Source of the DNA: Candidatus Thalassarchaeaceae archaeon
GTDB lineage: Archaea; Thermoplasmatota; Poseidoniia; MGIII; CG-Epi1
Length of the DNA stretch: 64,000 nucleotides
Direction: 5' to 3'
Assembly: GCA_963577905.1 (NCBI GenBank)
Contig: CAUYZR010000001.1
Span: forward strand, 66-64,065
Position 1 is the first letter of the stretch. Each line of letters opens with the position of its first letter. Of this stretch, positions 1 to 9,156 are shown piece after piece. The notes beneath the pieces are model-generated. The model was not told the origin of the DNA and ran no database searches. It saw only the letters and a list, made by a program, of their open reading frames with translations. A program made the translations under genes and the position numbers.

Positions 1-795
1 ATTATAGAATTCATCAATTTCGTCAGTACAACGCGAACTTTCGTAGCTTATACTTTGTTGACTCTCAATATCATATTTATACAATAATGAGGGACTGGAA
101 ATCTCAAAGTCCAGATGCTCAGAGTAGTGTCTGACCTCAAAGTACGATTCGTATGCATCGTCCCGATAACCCCCCCCTGGAACATCATTTTGAACCCCTT
201 CTACATCAAACCAGGAAAATTCACCCACATAACCCAATGCAGCAAAAAGCAGGACTATGTAAGCAACACAAATTATCTGGGTCCCAAGGTTAGCTTCCTC
301 GGTAAGTTTGCTGAATGAAAAACTAAAGCTACCAGGGGATGATTCAGTTTGGATATTGTATTCCTTGTCCTTACCTAATTCAGCATAATCAGTATCCTCT
401 TCTATATCTCCGGATCTTTCTTGTTCAGTAAGTTTGCTGAAATCAAGATCTTCATCTTCATAGAGTACGGCTCTCAGCTTTTCCCTTTCCCAATAGATTG
501 CAGTCCCAAGTAATGACAATGCGGCAAACAGGATGTATTGTCCAAGATTGAATTTGGCTATTCTTTCAATGTAATCAACTTCTTCTTTCGTAATCTCCGA
601 ATCTAGACATCCGTCCTCATCAATGTCCCTCTCGCTCGCGTCTTCTTCTGGGCACTTGTCCCTGTCGTTAGTTACCCCATCTCCATCGTCATCGGAGATA
701 ATGAACATTGGAGGCTCATCATCTTCTGCATAGTAGGGGTAGATTGCAATCAGGAAAAAGGCAAATAGAACAGCTATCAACGGTCCAAATCTCAT
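1..795 (-). CDS. Membrane protein, N-terminal part. The CDS runs off the window start. It has a signal/TM segment and an acidic DxDxDG calcium-binding-like motif (thrombospondin-type-3-like).
   Basis: Hand translation of the minus frame from ATG at 793-795 shows no stop down to nt 1, so the tool's track omits it. N-terminus MRFGPLIAVLFAFFLIAIYPYYA, then DDDGDGVTNDRDKCPEEDASERDIDEDGCLD, then two further hydrophobic helices. Confidence 0.45.
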   Translation of the reverse strand, partial: MRFGPLIAVLFAFFLIAIYPYYAEDDEPPMFIISDDDGDGVTNDRDKCPEEDASERDIDEDGCLDSEITKEEVDYIERIAKFNLGQYILFAALSLLGTAIYWEREKLRAVLYEDEDLDFSKLTEQERSGDIEEDTDYAELGKDKEYNIQTESSPGSFSFSFSKLTEEANLGTQIICVAYIVLLFAALGYVGEFSWFDVEGVQNDVPGGGYRDDAYESYFEVRHYSEHLDFEISSPSLLYKYDIESQQSISYESSRCTDEIDEFYN

Positions 796-1149
796 CTATA
801 TCTCACAGACCCCATGACAGTATCTTTTTTTTGCCATTTGCTCATAGATATAGTCCAGAATGTTCATAATTAGAGGCAGGTGTGAAAGAGCCCAGATGGG
901 TTTGGCCCACCATATTTTCCGGCTCAGATAGACCACCGCCTTGGCACCCCCGTATACTTTTCGATTGTTCCCTATGACCTTCATCTCGGGTAGGTAATCG
1001 CCTTTTTTGATATTCAGTAATTTCATCACGGTGTGATTCTGCAAGGGCCTGATTCTGCAATCCCTCTTTTCCAGAGATGGTTTGAAAGTGTGAGCCCCTG
1101 AAGTACAGAAGAGGCATGACGCGTCATAGAGTAACCAAGTGGAGTTCAT
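796..1149 (-). CDS. DCC-family thiol-disulfide oxidoreductase (DUF393-like)
   Basis: N-terminal LLYDASCLFCTSGAHTF resembles the YDGxCxLC motif of DUF393; small 117-aa protein. Confidence 0.45.
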   Translation of the reverse strand: MNSTWLLYDASCLFCTSGAHTFKPSLEKRDCRIRPLQNHTVMKLLNIKKGDYLPEMKVIGNNRKVYGGAKAVVYLSRKIWWAKPIWALSHLPLIMNILDYIYEQMAKKRYCHGVCEI

Positions 1150-1874
1150 CCTAGGACCGGACTATTCCAATAGACCATCGCCAGTGCAAAGATTGCTGCA
1201 ATTATGCCCAGATATGCTGGTTTGCTCCACATTATGACCTTGGATCCATCCAGAGGTTGTACGGGTATCATGTTGAATCCTCCTAGTATAAGATTTATTA
1301 CAATTATGAATCTTGCTAATTCCCCAAGCAAGGATATCGGCCAATCGAGACCAGCAGTGAAAATATAGATTGGTAAGGCTACAATGGCAATAGCGATATT
1401 TGTTAAGGGCCCCACAGCGGCGATAATACCATTCTGTCGGTCCGTTATCCTTCCAGACACCATTACTGCACCAGGTGCCGCTAAAAGAAAACCGAATGCA
1501 GACATGGCCAGAGCAAAGTACAATCCATTCTTGTTGCCTCTGTATTCTGCCCAGCAACCATACTGTTGCGCCATCCATTTGTGTGCTAATTCGTGTAGTA
1601 GAAATCCAGTCATCACCGCTGCAAAGGCAAGTGGCAAGGTTGTAATCAGAATACTTGGCTCATCTATTACGACGAATAGCCCATTGCTCAGAGCCAGAGC
1701 AAAGGCTAGTGTCAGGAAGCCAATTGATTCTCTGAGTTGTTCCTTTTCATAATCCGAGAAGGCCATTTTGCTATGAGGCCTTCGATTTATCTGAACAGGT
1801 TCTCCCCATCCATCAGACATTACGTGTCTTACTTGAAAAGTTTGATTCTTGAGTGATGGATCTCTCCACATCAT
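1146..1874 (-). CDS. Site-2 protease family (M50) zinc metallopeptidase, integral membrane
   Basis: HELAH (HExxH) motif within a hydrophobic helix (FLLHELAHKWMAQQYG) and multiple TM segments. 4-nt overlap with the downstream gene. Confidence 0.65.
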   Translation of the reverse strand: MMWRDPSLKNQTFQVRHVMSDGWGEPVQINRRPHSKMAFSDYEKEQLRESIGFLTLAFALALSNGLFVVIDEPSILITTLPLAFAAVMTGFLLHELAHKWMAQQYGCWAEYRGNKNGLYFALAMSAFGFLLAAPGAVMVSGRITDRQNGIIAAVGPLTNIAIAIVALPIYIFTAGLDWPISLLGELARFIIVINLILGGFNMIPVQPLDGSKVIMWSKPAYLGIIAAIFALAMVYWNSPVLG

Positions 1875-1944
1875 TCAAATCCATACGAGGTGGATTAAGA
1901 TAGTTATGTGACTAACAGTTTAAACAGTGGCATAATCCTAGGCT

Positions 1945-2172
1945 ATGATGGACGAGGTAGAGACCCTGAAACAGAAAATAAAGGATCTAGAATCACAACT
2001 GGAGGAACAAAAAGAGATACACGAAATCCAATTGAGCAAGGTCAAATCCGAGAACTATGAGGCTCTAGAAGCCTCTCAGACACGTTATCAGGCCGAATTG
2101 GAGATTCAACAGACGAATTTCCAGCGACAGATTGCTGGGCTTAAGGCCAAGCTGAATTCATTCGAAGCCTGA
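1945..2172 (+). CDS. Small coiled-coil protein, hypothetical
   Basis: 75-aa ORF, strongly heptad-like and Glu/Gln/Lys-rich. No recognizable motif. Confidence 0.3.
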   Translation: MMDEVETLKQKIKDLESQLEEQKEIHEIQLSKVKSENYEALEASQTRYQAELEIQQTNFQRQIAGLKAKLNSFEA

Positions 2173-2221
2173 CCAATTTCACAATAACGTTAAATTCCAG
2201 CCCTCTAAGCTGGACACACAA

Positions 2222-2299
2222 GCTCCCGTGGTGTAGTCCGGCCCATCATCTCGGCCTTTCGAGCCGAATACCCGGGTTCAAATCCCGGCGGGAGCACCA
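2222..2299 (+). tRNA. tRNA-Glu (anticodon TTC), 3' CCA encoded
   Basis: Cloverleaf folded by hand: acceptor GCTCCCG/CGGGAGC, anticodon stem TCGGC/GCCGA with loop CTTTCGA, T-arm CCGGG-TTCAAAT-CCCGG, discriminator A then CCA. Confidence 0.85.
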
Positions 2300-2316
2300 T
2301 TTAATTAACCGTCAGG

Positions 2317-3255
2317 TTGAACAAGATGATGTCTACCAGTGAGTTGAAGAGAACGATGTTAATCGCTCTTGTGGGCGCCCTTGCAATTTCTTTTGCTCCA
2401 ATATTGTATAGCGTTTCTGGTCTAAATCCACTAAGTGGGGCTTTTTTCAGAATGATCTATGCTCTCCCCTTCCTTGCTTTGATTATCTGGTTCCGAGGTA
2501 TAGATGATAACCGGACCTTCAACACGAGACTGATTGCGATTGGAGCAGGAATCGTCTTTGCTCTTGATTTTGTAGCATACCATAGTTCAGTTGACTGGAT
2601 AGGTGCGGGCATTTCAACACTAATTGGCAATTCTCAGGTTCTTATAGTGACATTGATGAGTTGGTGGCTATTCGGTGAGAAGCCAAATCTCTCCATTCTA
2701 ATTGCCTTACCTATTGTAATGCTCGGTTTGTTATTAATATCGGGTATATGGGACGACGAACCTTATGGATCAAATCCAGTTAGAGGTGTTATTGCTGGCA
2801 TTACTGCCGCCGTTTTTTACTCGGGTTTTTTAATTATATACCGATTTGCCAATAGAGAACTTGCGCCTGCAACGAATCTACAATTCGATTCTACAGCAGG
2901 TTGTGTTTTTGGACTTTTAGTTCTTAGTATCTTGCCCCTGCAAGCTTTACATATCGAGCCAATTGATTTCCAACCTACATGGCCAGGCCATGGTTGGATC
3001 CTTTCACTAGCTATTGTGGGCCAAGTCTTTGGATGGTTAGCAATATCTTATTCATTACCTAGATTGCCAGCAGCACATACTTCATTTGTCCTTCTTCTCC
3101 AACCCGTTTTAACAATAGTGTGGGGAGTTATACTGCTATCAGAATTACCTTCTATTCAGCAATTCTTGGGTATGTGTTTGATATTGGGCTCAATTGTAGG
3201 AGTTACGGTCTATGGTTCAGTTGAGGATGGCACCGAGGGCGAGATAGAAATCTAA
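2317..3255 (+). CDS. EamA/DMT-superfamily transporter (10 predicted TM helices)
   Basis: 312 aa, two duplicated 5-TM halves typical of EamA domains. Hydrophobic throughout. Confidence 0.65.
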   Translation: MNKMMSTSELKRTMLIALVGALAISFAPILYSVSGLNPLSGAFFRMIYALPFLALIIWFRGIDDNRTFNTRLIAIGAGIVFALDFVAYHSSVDWIGAGISTLIGNSQVLIVTLMSWWLFGEKPNLSILIALPIVMLGLLLISGIWDDEPYGSNPVRGVIAGITAAVFYSGFLIIYRFANRELAPATNLQFDSTAGCVFGLLVLSILPLQALHIEPIDFQPTWPGHGWILSLAIVGQVFGWLAISYSLPRLPAAHTSFVLLLQPVLTIVWGVILLSELPSIQQFLGMCLILGSIVGVTVYGSVEDGTEGEIEI

Positions 3256-3302
3256 CCCCCCCTTCCATGTAGAGGGGGCACCCCCTTGGTATTGTTGGTA
3301 GG

Positions 3303-3337
3303 CTGTCTACAAATTTTCGGAAATTGATATATAATCT
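3303..3337 (+). repeat. Copy 1 of a 35-bp direct repeat containing a BRE/TATA-like sequence
   Basis: ctgtctacaaattttcggaaattgatatat(a)atct; 34/35 identical to the copy at 3535-3569. Lies 15-20 nt upstream of the ATG of the small ORF at 3343/3355. Confidence 0.7.
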
Positions 3338-3342
3338 AAAGG

Positions 3343-3525
3343 TTGTGTAAAATAATGAGTGGTAAAGATGTTGACGGTTTCGTAATGGCTGCAAAAGAGA
3401 GGTATGGGCTTGAAAAAAGAATTGTGAAATTAGAACTGTTTATGAAATATCTTTTACAAAGCGAAGTATCTCTAAAGAAATATAACGAGTGGCTAGAAAG
3501 TAAAGGTTATGAAATACGTAGATGA
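3343..3525 (+). CDS. Small hypothetical protein (60 aa) bracketed by the direct repeats
   Basis: ORF with TATA-like atatataa about 20-28 nt upstream. No recognizable domain. Confidence 0.25.
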   Translation: MCKIMSGKDVDGFVMAAKERYGLEKRIVKLELFMKYLLQSEVSLKKYNEWLESKGYEIRR

Positions 3526-3534
3526 TATTTTTTC

Positions 3535-3569
3535 CTGTCTACAAATTTTCGGAAATTGATATATTATCT
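3535..3569 (+). repeat. Copy 2 of the 35-bp direct repeat (promoter-like)
   Basis: Same 30-nt core ctgtctacaaattttcggaaattgatatat, followed by tatct. Confidence 0.7.
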
Positions 3570-3829
3570 CCCAAATAGCCAATAAAAGAAGCCACCAATA
3601 TCTGGTTTTTCACAATGACATCGTTGATTCTTTGGTATTCCTCTAAGTACCATTTCGATATGCTGGCCACATCCTGTCCAAGTTGCTTTTTGACATCTCC
3701 GACAGGTTGCTTTACTACACATATTTGTTTCACACTATGTGGACTTAATGTAATTTCACCCACCCCTTTTTGACCCCCTCCAAAATAGGGACATATGAGC
3801 CCAAAACGACGTGCAAAGTCAAACAGCAT
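3539..3829 (-). CDS. Hypothetical protein (about 96 aa from an internal Met)
   Basis: The track ORF 3539..3967 would overlap tRNA-Ser, so the start was trimmed to the first Met downstream of the tRNA (ATG at 3827-3829). No motif. Could be spurious. Confidence 0.2.
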   Translation of the reverse strand: MLFDFARRFGLICPYFGGGQKGVGEITLSPHSVKQICVVKQPVGDVKKQLGQDVASISKWYLEEYQRINDVIVKNQILVASFIGYLGDNISISENL

Positions 3830-3846
3830 GTCGTCTGATGGTATTT

Positions 3847-3933
3847 TGGCGCCGAGGGCGAGATTTGAACTCGCGAGGGATTGCTCCCACGGGCTTTCCA
3901 GGCCCGCGCTATACCGGGCTAAGCGACCTCGGC
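3847..3933 (-). tRNA. tRNA-Ser (anticodon GGA), type II with long variable arm, 3' CCA encoded
   Basis: The reverse complement folds: acceptor GCCGAGG/CCTCGGC, anticodon stem CGGGC/GCCCG with loop CTGGAAA, long variable arm TGGGAGCAATCCCTC, T-arm GCGAG-TTCAAAT-CTCGC, then G-CCA. Confidence 0.85.
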
Positions 3934-4028
3934 TTGCCATTGTCACTTTGAGAGGGGGTTTTAGCATTAATCAGGGCATATACTTATTACGAGACCTTTC
4001 AGCTGAATAGACAGTTATAGAGGTAATT

Positions 4029-4400
4029 TTGAAAGAAAAGGAAAGATTACAGGAAGAAGAAAGAATAAAGATTCAGGAAGAAGAAAGAATAAAGATTCAG
4101 AAAGAAAAGGATAGGGCCCTAAAAGAGCGATTCAAGTCCATTGTTGAACTGTTGAAGGAAACTTACTATCCAGGTCATGCCACCACTGCTAGACGTGTCA
4201 TTGAAAGGCACCTCATTCGTGAATTTGGACTGAAACCTAGACAGGCTACTTACCATGGTGCAGCCATAATAGAATTATTACAGGACCATGAACTTATCCA
4301 ACCGTTACCCGAGGTAGATGCAAATGGGCAACCATTCACCAAGAAAAAACGGCCCTTGTTGAAGATAAACATCAAGAAATTACAGGATTACAAGACTTAA
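4029..4400 (+). CDS. Hypothetical protein with an N-terminal tandem EEERIKIQ repeat
   Basis: 123-aa ORF; a perfect 24-bp tandem duplication at 4053-4100. No known motif. Confidence 0.3.
   Translation: MKEKERLQEEERIKIQEEERIKIQKEKDRALKERFKSIVELLKETYYPGHATTARRVIERHLIREFGLKPRQATYHGAAIIELLQDHELIQPLPEVDANGQPFTKKKRPLLKINIKKLQDYKT
4053..4100 (+). repeat. Perfect 2x24-bp tandem repeat (gaagaagaaagaataaagattcag) inside the CDS
   Basis: Direct inspection of the sequence. Confidence 0.9.
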
Positions 4401-5581
4401 TTTAGTTCTGACGCAATCTTATCCAGTATCTTATTCGAAATTTCTACCTTGCTACCGGAGTTCCACTCGGTATTTTTCTTGTCAACAATCGCAACCTTGC
4501 ATTTATCCGATCCCATTGACTTTGAATGATTGGCTATAACACAGTTCGCATTTTTCAACAAGACCCTAGCCTTTGCCAGTAATTCTTTTTCGCTAATCCG
4601 GGCTCCCAGTTTGAAAACATACAATAGCCCCTTATGTTTCTTTCGGATGCTATTGATTATCTTTGGTACATTCTTCATTTTTAGAGTTATTGGTTTTGCC
4701 GAATCCAATTTTCCCTTGGCTTGTTCAGGTATGAAATCAGATAGTGCAGCAGGCACGATAACTGCGTCGTAACGCTTCATACTCTTCACTAGGCCCTTTA
4801 ATTTTGAAAGAGCTTCGAAGCGTGTGGTCTTGATCCAGTTTCCGCATTCATAGTTGGCATTACCCAACCACAAGTCGACATCAGCCCCCATTGCAAAAGC
4901 TGATTCGGCCAAAGCAATGGCCATCCTTCCGCTTGATCTGTTGCTGACTACTCTCACCTCATCAATAGGCTCACTACTGCCCCCACCTATGATCAGAACC
5001 TTCTTTCGATTCAGCGTCTTGGGGCCGGCCATATTACATGCCTCAGCTACCAGTCTTTCCTTGGAAGGCAACTTGGCCTTTCCTTCAATCATCACCGGTT
5101 CAATCACATTCGCGAATTTCTTGACAACCTTTATGTTTTTCTGGATAATATCCGAATTTGACATATTCTTGTCCATTGCTGGTGCTACAATCATAGGTGT
5201 CTTGGCCCCAATACAGGTCAACGCTACCAGCATGGGCGGGTTGTCACCGATTCCATTCACCATCTTTCCAAGACTGGTTGCACAACAGGGAGTGATCATT
5301 AACAAATTAGCTTCGTGTCCTGCGATAACATGTTCAACTTGTCCCGTAATCTCTTTGATTATGGGTTTTCCACAGGCGAATTCGAGTGATTTCTCACCGA
5401 CCAGTTCCAGAGCCGCCCGATTGGCAACTACAGTTACCCTAGCCCCATATCTCAGCAGTTCACGTATGATTCCAACGGTTTCCACACAGGATACTGACCC
5501 CGTCACTCCTACCCAGACGTTCTTGCCTTCTAGATAATTACCCTTACGTTCAACATTGTTGGCTGGATGATTAGGGTTCAT
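4397..5581 (-). CDS. coaBC: Bifunctional phosphopantothenoylcysteine decarboxylase / phosphopantothenate-cysteine ligase (CoaBC)
   Basis: N-terminal flavoprotein domain (KNVWVGVTGSVSCVE..., ITPCCATSLGKM) and C-terminal DFP/CoaB domain (KKVLIIGGGSSEPIDEVRVVSNRSSGRMA). The start was chosen at the internal ATG (5579-5581) that overlaps the upstream stop as TAATG. The full ORF would extend to 5659. Confidence 0.85.
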   Translation of the reverse strand: MNPNHPANNVERKGNYLEGKNVWVGVTGSVSCVETVGIIRELLRYGARVTVVANRAALELVGEKSLEFACGKPIIKEITGQVEHVIAGHEANLLMITPCCATSLGKMVNGIGDNPPMLVALTCIGAKTPMIVAPAMDKNMSNSDIIQKNIKVVKKFANVIEPVMIEGKAKLPSKERLVAEACNMAGPKTLNRKKVLIIGGGSSEPIDEVRVVSNRSSGRMAIALAESAFAMGADVDLWLGNANYECGNWIKTTRFEALSKLKGLVKSMKRYDAVIVPAALSDFIPEQAKGKLDSAKPITLKMKNVPKIINSIRKKHKGLLYVFKLGARISEKELLAKARVLLKNANCVIANHSKSMGSDKCKVAIVDKKNTEWNSGSKVEISNKILDKIASELN

Positions 5582-6486
5582 TAATTCTCCGCGAGTAGTT
5601 TGATTGTTTTTCGGTATTTGTCCAGTACCAGTTCGATTTGCGTCTCTATTTTGGCCCATCCTTTTTTCAGTGAACTGTAGCGCAAGTGGAATGCACTTGT
5701 GGGCGGTCCACCATCTTCGGCTCTGCAGCGTTCTATAAATCCCAGAGAAATAAGCCGATTTAAGTGACGATACGCGGTGGGTCTGGTTGTCTCTATCCAG
5801 GCTGCAATCTCTTCCGCCGTCCAGGCCCTATCAGGCCTCTGGAAAAAACATTCATCAATTATCTTGTAAGGCATTGATTCACGGTATGGATAGTGGTGAT
5901 TTGAGAACAGTCCAATCCCTCTTCCCAGAGCACCCAATTCTAATTCGTAGTTCTGATCGGTTTCCATTCTAATTTCCCTGATATCTATCCCAAAGGATTC
6001 GTCCTTCTCCAGAATCATCATACCTTCAGGTACAGTCTCCTTGGCCTCCTTTAAGGTCTGATTCAGGTTGCTTACTATCTTCCGATAAGTGTCAAGACAG
6101 ATTCTGGCCCTGTTCTCCACACCTGCCCATGCCTTTTGCAGGTCATAGTGCCATAGTCTGACTTTCTTTGGGTCCTCCGCCTTCCCTGGAAAATCCTCCG
6201 TCAGAAATCCTGCTTCACGTAGCCACTGTAAATGTCTGTAGATGCCCTGTAAGGGAACACCTAGTTCAGTTGCAATGTCCGAGGTCGTCCATGAATGCGT
6301 GGGTTCCGGAATCAAACATTTGGTGAAGAGTCGAATCCCTGTCTTTGCTCTTTTGGTTTCCCTTGACCTAGGCCCATCAGTTCCTAAAAACCCTATGGCT
6401 TGCAGAAAATCTGCGGCTAAGTTTTCCTTACCTCCACCATAGGTCTCATTCAGATTCCGAATTCTCAATTTGAACATCAGTTCCAC
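5581..6486 (-). CDS. Putative DNA-binding protein with two winged-helix-like segments
   Basis: Two HTH-like stretches (ATELGVPLQGIYRHLQWLREAGFL and TAEEIAAWIETTRPTAYRHLNRLISLGFIE). No further assignment possible. Confidence 0.35.
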   Translation of the reverse strand: MELMFKLRIRNLNETYGGGKENLAADFLQAIGFLGTDGPRSRETKRAKTGIRLFTKCLIPEPTHSWTTSDIATELGVPLQGIYRHLQWLREAGFLTEDFPGKAEDPKKVRLWHYDLQKAWAGVENRARICLDTYRKIVSNLNQTLKEAKETVPEGMMILEKDESFGIDIREIRMETDQNYELELGALGRGIGLFSNHHYPYRESMPYKIIDECFFQRPDRAWTAEEIAAWIETTRPTAYRHLNRLISLGFIERCRAEDGGPPTSAFHLRYSSLKKGWAKIETQIELVLDKYRKTIKLLAEN

Positions 6487-8378
6487 TCCTTGGTATCCAG
6501 CTTTTCCAGGATTCGGGCCTTGAATTTCCGGGCTTTCTGGTTTCCAGGATTCAATGCCAGAAGTTTATGGAGATCTCCCATTGCGTCACCAAGTTTCTTA
6601 GAATCATGATGAGCCTCAGCCCTTTCCCACAAAGCACCTTCATCCTCTGAATCAATGTCCAGAATCCGAGATAGTGCCATAATCAACAATTCACGCTTGT
6701 CTTGAGCACGGTAAACATTGGTCAGTTTTCTCCATCCTCTCTTAAAATCGGGTCTGATATTGACGGCCTTTGAATAACCTTTGGAATCTGCTCTTTCGTA
6801 GTCTCCTAAACTAAAGTAAATGTCACCTCTGACCATATAGGGACGAAAGTCCTCTTCCATCAGGGCAATCGATTTTTCAACCGATTTCAAGGCTTCTTTG
6901 ACTCTTCCAAGTTTGGACTGGACCCTTCCCAATCCAAGATATGCAAGTCCGTGATTACTTTCTAGTTCTAGGGCAATAAGATAGGCTTCCTCCGCGTCCT
7001 CCATCTTCTCAAGTCGTTCTTTTATCTGCCCTAGTCTCAACCATGCGTCTCCGAAAGTGTAACTTATCTCGGTCGAATTCTGGAAACACTCCTCGGCATC
7101 GTCCCATTGCCGAAGTTTACGATGCAAATTCCCTTTTTCAAACCAATGATTCTCGTTGTGTGGGTCAATTTCCAGTGCCATAGAATAGTATGTTATAGAT
7201 CTGGTGTACTCTCTGTGCCCAGTCAGTGCTCTGGCCTTACTAAGCCACATCCTTGAATCTTGCATCAAAACACCGTCCCGCTGAGCTCTTCTGATTAATC
7301 TTCCAGCCACTTCCAGTGAACGGCTGGGATATCCAGTATCAAGAAATTCCTGAGCTTCCTCTAGCATTCTTTCCCTTGCTTCTCGATCGGTTCTCCTCAG
7401 AATGAAAAGAAGGCCAGAGCCTGTCATTGGCAGTCCACCCCCAATGAATCCACCTGAAGCTAGACTGGGTTCAATCAACCATCCAATTCCTGCCAGACCT
7501 GCAATATAACATCCGATCACAAAACCTGCCAATTGGTATCTTCTATGGTGTAGACCTGCAAGCCCCATTCCAAGAAACAACAAAGGTATTAGAAGTAGCC
7601 AAACCGATTCTTCAATCCAATTAAAGACTGACATCAAAAGGACAATGGTTAGTATTAGTGACCCACCAAAGGCAATGGCTAGAGCATAGGGTACCAGCCC
7701 TCTTTCCAGAAGTCCGAGGCCATAGATCAACATAACTATTCCCAGACTCCCGGCGTAAACTGCAATTGTGGTTACAGCCCTGAGTGAGATATCACCATCA
7801 CAACTTATCTCGGTGTATTCCGTCAGGCACGAATTTTCACGAATCTCGTAAACTATGAAGAACAGAGTGATTAGAACACTCCCTATCGATAGTATAAGTC
7901 CTGACGTCCTGACATCGGCATTTTTCTTGATTTCGATATTATGGACATTAAATGAGATTAGAATGCCCAGACCACAGGCCGTCAGCAGAAAAATAGCCAG
8001 TGCGGTTCCCACATACTTCAGAACCTCCAATTCAGTGAAGTTCCAGGCAATGAAATTGAAGATACTAATAATAAAAATAATGAGAGCACTGATAACTACA
8101 GAACGACTCTTCCCATCCAGATAGCGGATAGTGTCCTTTATCTTTCTCTTAATGAGAGGATCCACAGGTTCTTTCTCTTCTTCTACGCCTAATTTTGTGG
8201 TATAATCTATTGGTGCCAATTCTTCTTCATCGGATTCTTTGGTCTCAGTATCTATTTTTTCTGAATCCTCATCCTTAGATTCCACATTTTCATCAATGCT
8301 TTCCTCTTTGGAATCACTTTCAGAATCAGTCTCCTCAGCCATGCTACCTTGTAAAGATTTTATGGTAATATAATACAA
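6477..8378 (-). CDS. Polytopic membrane protein with an acidic N-terminus and C-terminal TPR repeats
   Basis: Asp/Glu/Ser-rich first 60 aa, then about 9 hydrophobic helices, then TPR-like repeats (xxYYSMALEIDPHNENHWFEKGNLH... AYLGLGRVQSKLGRVKEA...). Confidence 0.5.
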   Translation of the reverse strand: MYYITIKSLQGSMAEETDSESDSKEESIDENVESKDEDSEKIDTETKESDEEELAPIDYTTKLGVEEEKEPVDPLIKRKIKDTIRYLDGKSRSVVISALIIFIISIFNFIAWNFTELEVLKYVGTALAIFLLTACGLGILISFNVHNIEIKKNADVRTSGLILSIGSVLITLFFIVYEIRENSCLTEYTEISCDGDISLRAVTTIAVYAGSLGIVMLIYGLGLLERGLVPYALAIAFGGSLILTIVLLMSVFNWIEESVWLLLIPLLFLGMGLAGLHHRRYQLAGFVIGCYIAGLAGIGWLIEPSLASGGFIGGGLPMTGSGLLFILRRTDREARERMLEEAQEFLDTGYPSRSLEVAGRLIRRAQRDGVLMQDSRMWLSKARALTGHREYTRSITYYSMALEIDPHNENHWFEKGNLHRKLRQWDDAEECFQNSTEISYTFGDAWLRLGQIKERLEKMEDAEEAYLIALELESNHGLAYLGLGRVQSKLGRVKEALKSVEKSIALMEEDFRPYMVRGDIYFSLGDYERADSKGYSKAVNIRPDFKRGWRKLTNVYRAQDKRELLIMALSRILDIDSEDEGALWERAEAHHDSKKLGDAMGDLHKLLALNPGNQKARKFKARILEKLDTKEWN

Positions 8379-8404
8379 GTATTAAAACTGATTGTTAGTT
8401 AAAT

Positions 8405-9115
8405 TTAATGGCTACAACCGCAACTACTGCCCTGATTTTGGCTATCCTTTGAACTACTACCGCTACTACAACCACAGCTACCGCCACTACTACATCCACA
8501 ACTACCGCCAGTGGATTGTTGAGGGAGGGGTTCCGTATAATATGGATTTACACCTTCGTCATGATTAGTCATATCAACAATTTCATTTATTTCATCAACT
8601 TTTGCTATAATATACGATTCAACACCTTGTTTCAAAGTAACACTTGAGGCACTACATCCTTGACATCCACCACCCATAGTTACGTATGCCTTTCCATCAG
8701 AAACATTGTTAAGAGTAATTACACCACCATGTGATGCAATGCTTGGATTTACATCATTCTTAATTAATTCGTTTACTTTGTCAAATAATTCACTATTACC
8801 AGTATCCATTGCAACTTCAGTTACTGGAGCTTCTCCACTTTCCATTTGATCTCTAATTACAATACCAATTTCTTTACCGATAGCGGGCCAGCTTTCTACA
8901 TTGTCTCCAGTTAATGTGACAACCTGTCCAGCAATATTGACTTGAGCAATATATGGCAAGTCCAAAAGTTTCTTAGCTAAAGGTGAATTATCCGTGTTTG
9001 ATTCGCGATTGAAAGATACTGAAGCTCTTGAAAGTACTTCACCATCTAGAACAAACCTACATTTCTGTGGATCGGCCGTTGGCTCACCACGTATTCGAAT
9101 CTTCTGTGCTAACAT
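8405..9115 (-). CDS. NfuA/NifU-like Fe-S cluster scaffold with a Cys-rich C-terminal tail
   Basis: NifU C-terminal-domain CxxC (GGGCQGCSAS) preceded by an Nfu_N-like domain. The tail is GGSCGCSSGGSCGCSSGSSSKDSQNQGSSCGCSH. Confidence 0.65.
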   Translation of the reverse strand: MLAQKIRIRGEPTADPQKCRFVLDGEVLSRASVSFNRESNTDNSPLAKKLLDLPYIAQVNIAGQVVTLTGDNVESWPAIGKEIGIVIRDQMESGEAPVTEVAMDTGNSELFDKVNELIKNDVNPSIASHGGVITLNNVSDGKAYVTMGGGCQGCSASSVTLKQGVESYIIAKVDEINEIVDMTNHDEGVNPYYTEPLPQQSTGGSCGCSSGGSCGCSSGSSSKDSQNQGSSCGCSH

Positions 9116-9156
9116 GATTGTTTACCTCTATGCTGATTAATAAAGATTTGTTATAT

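Noticed and set aside
1384-1752. 122-aa plus-strand ORF inside the M50 protease gene. There are similar internal or antisense ORFs throughout, e.g. 4854..5537, 7855..8124, 19683..20264, 22170..22586, 31397..32014, 35760..36221.
   Set aside because: They lie entirely within, and antisense to or out of frame with, strongly supported conserved genes. They have biased low-complexity composition and no motifs.
2173-3934. Possible integrated mobile element between tRNA-Glu and tRNA-Ser
   Set aside because: No integrase, transposase or recombinase is present, and the contents (EamA transporter, tiny ORFs) are ordinary. Only the 35-bp direct repeats are reported, as a finding.
3795-4010. 71-aa plus-strand ORF and the long version (3539..3967) of the minus-strand ORF
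   Set aside because: Both run straight through the tRNA-Ser gene (3847-3933). These were treated as spurious read-through ORFs. Only the portion downstream of the tRNA was kept, as a low-confidence hypothetical.
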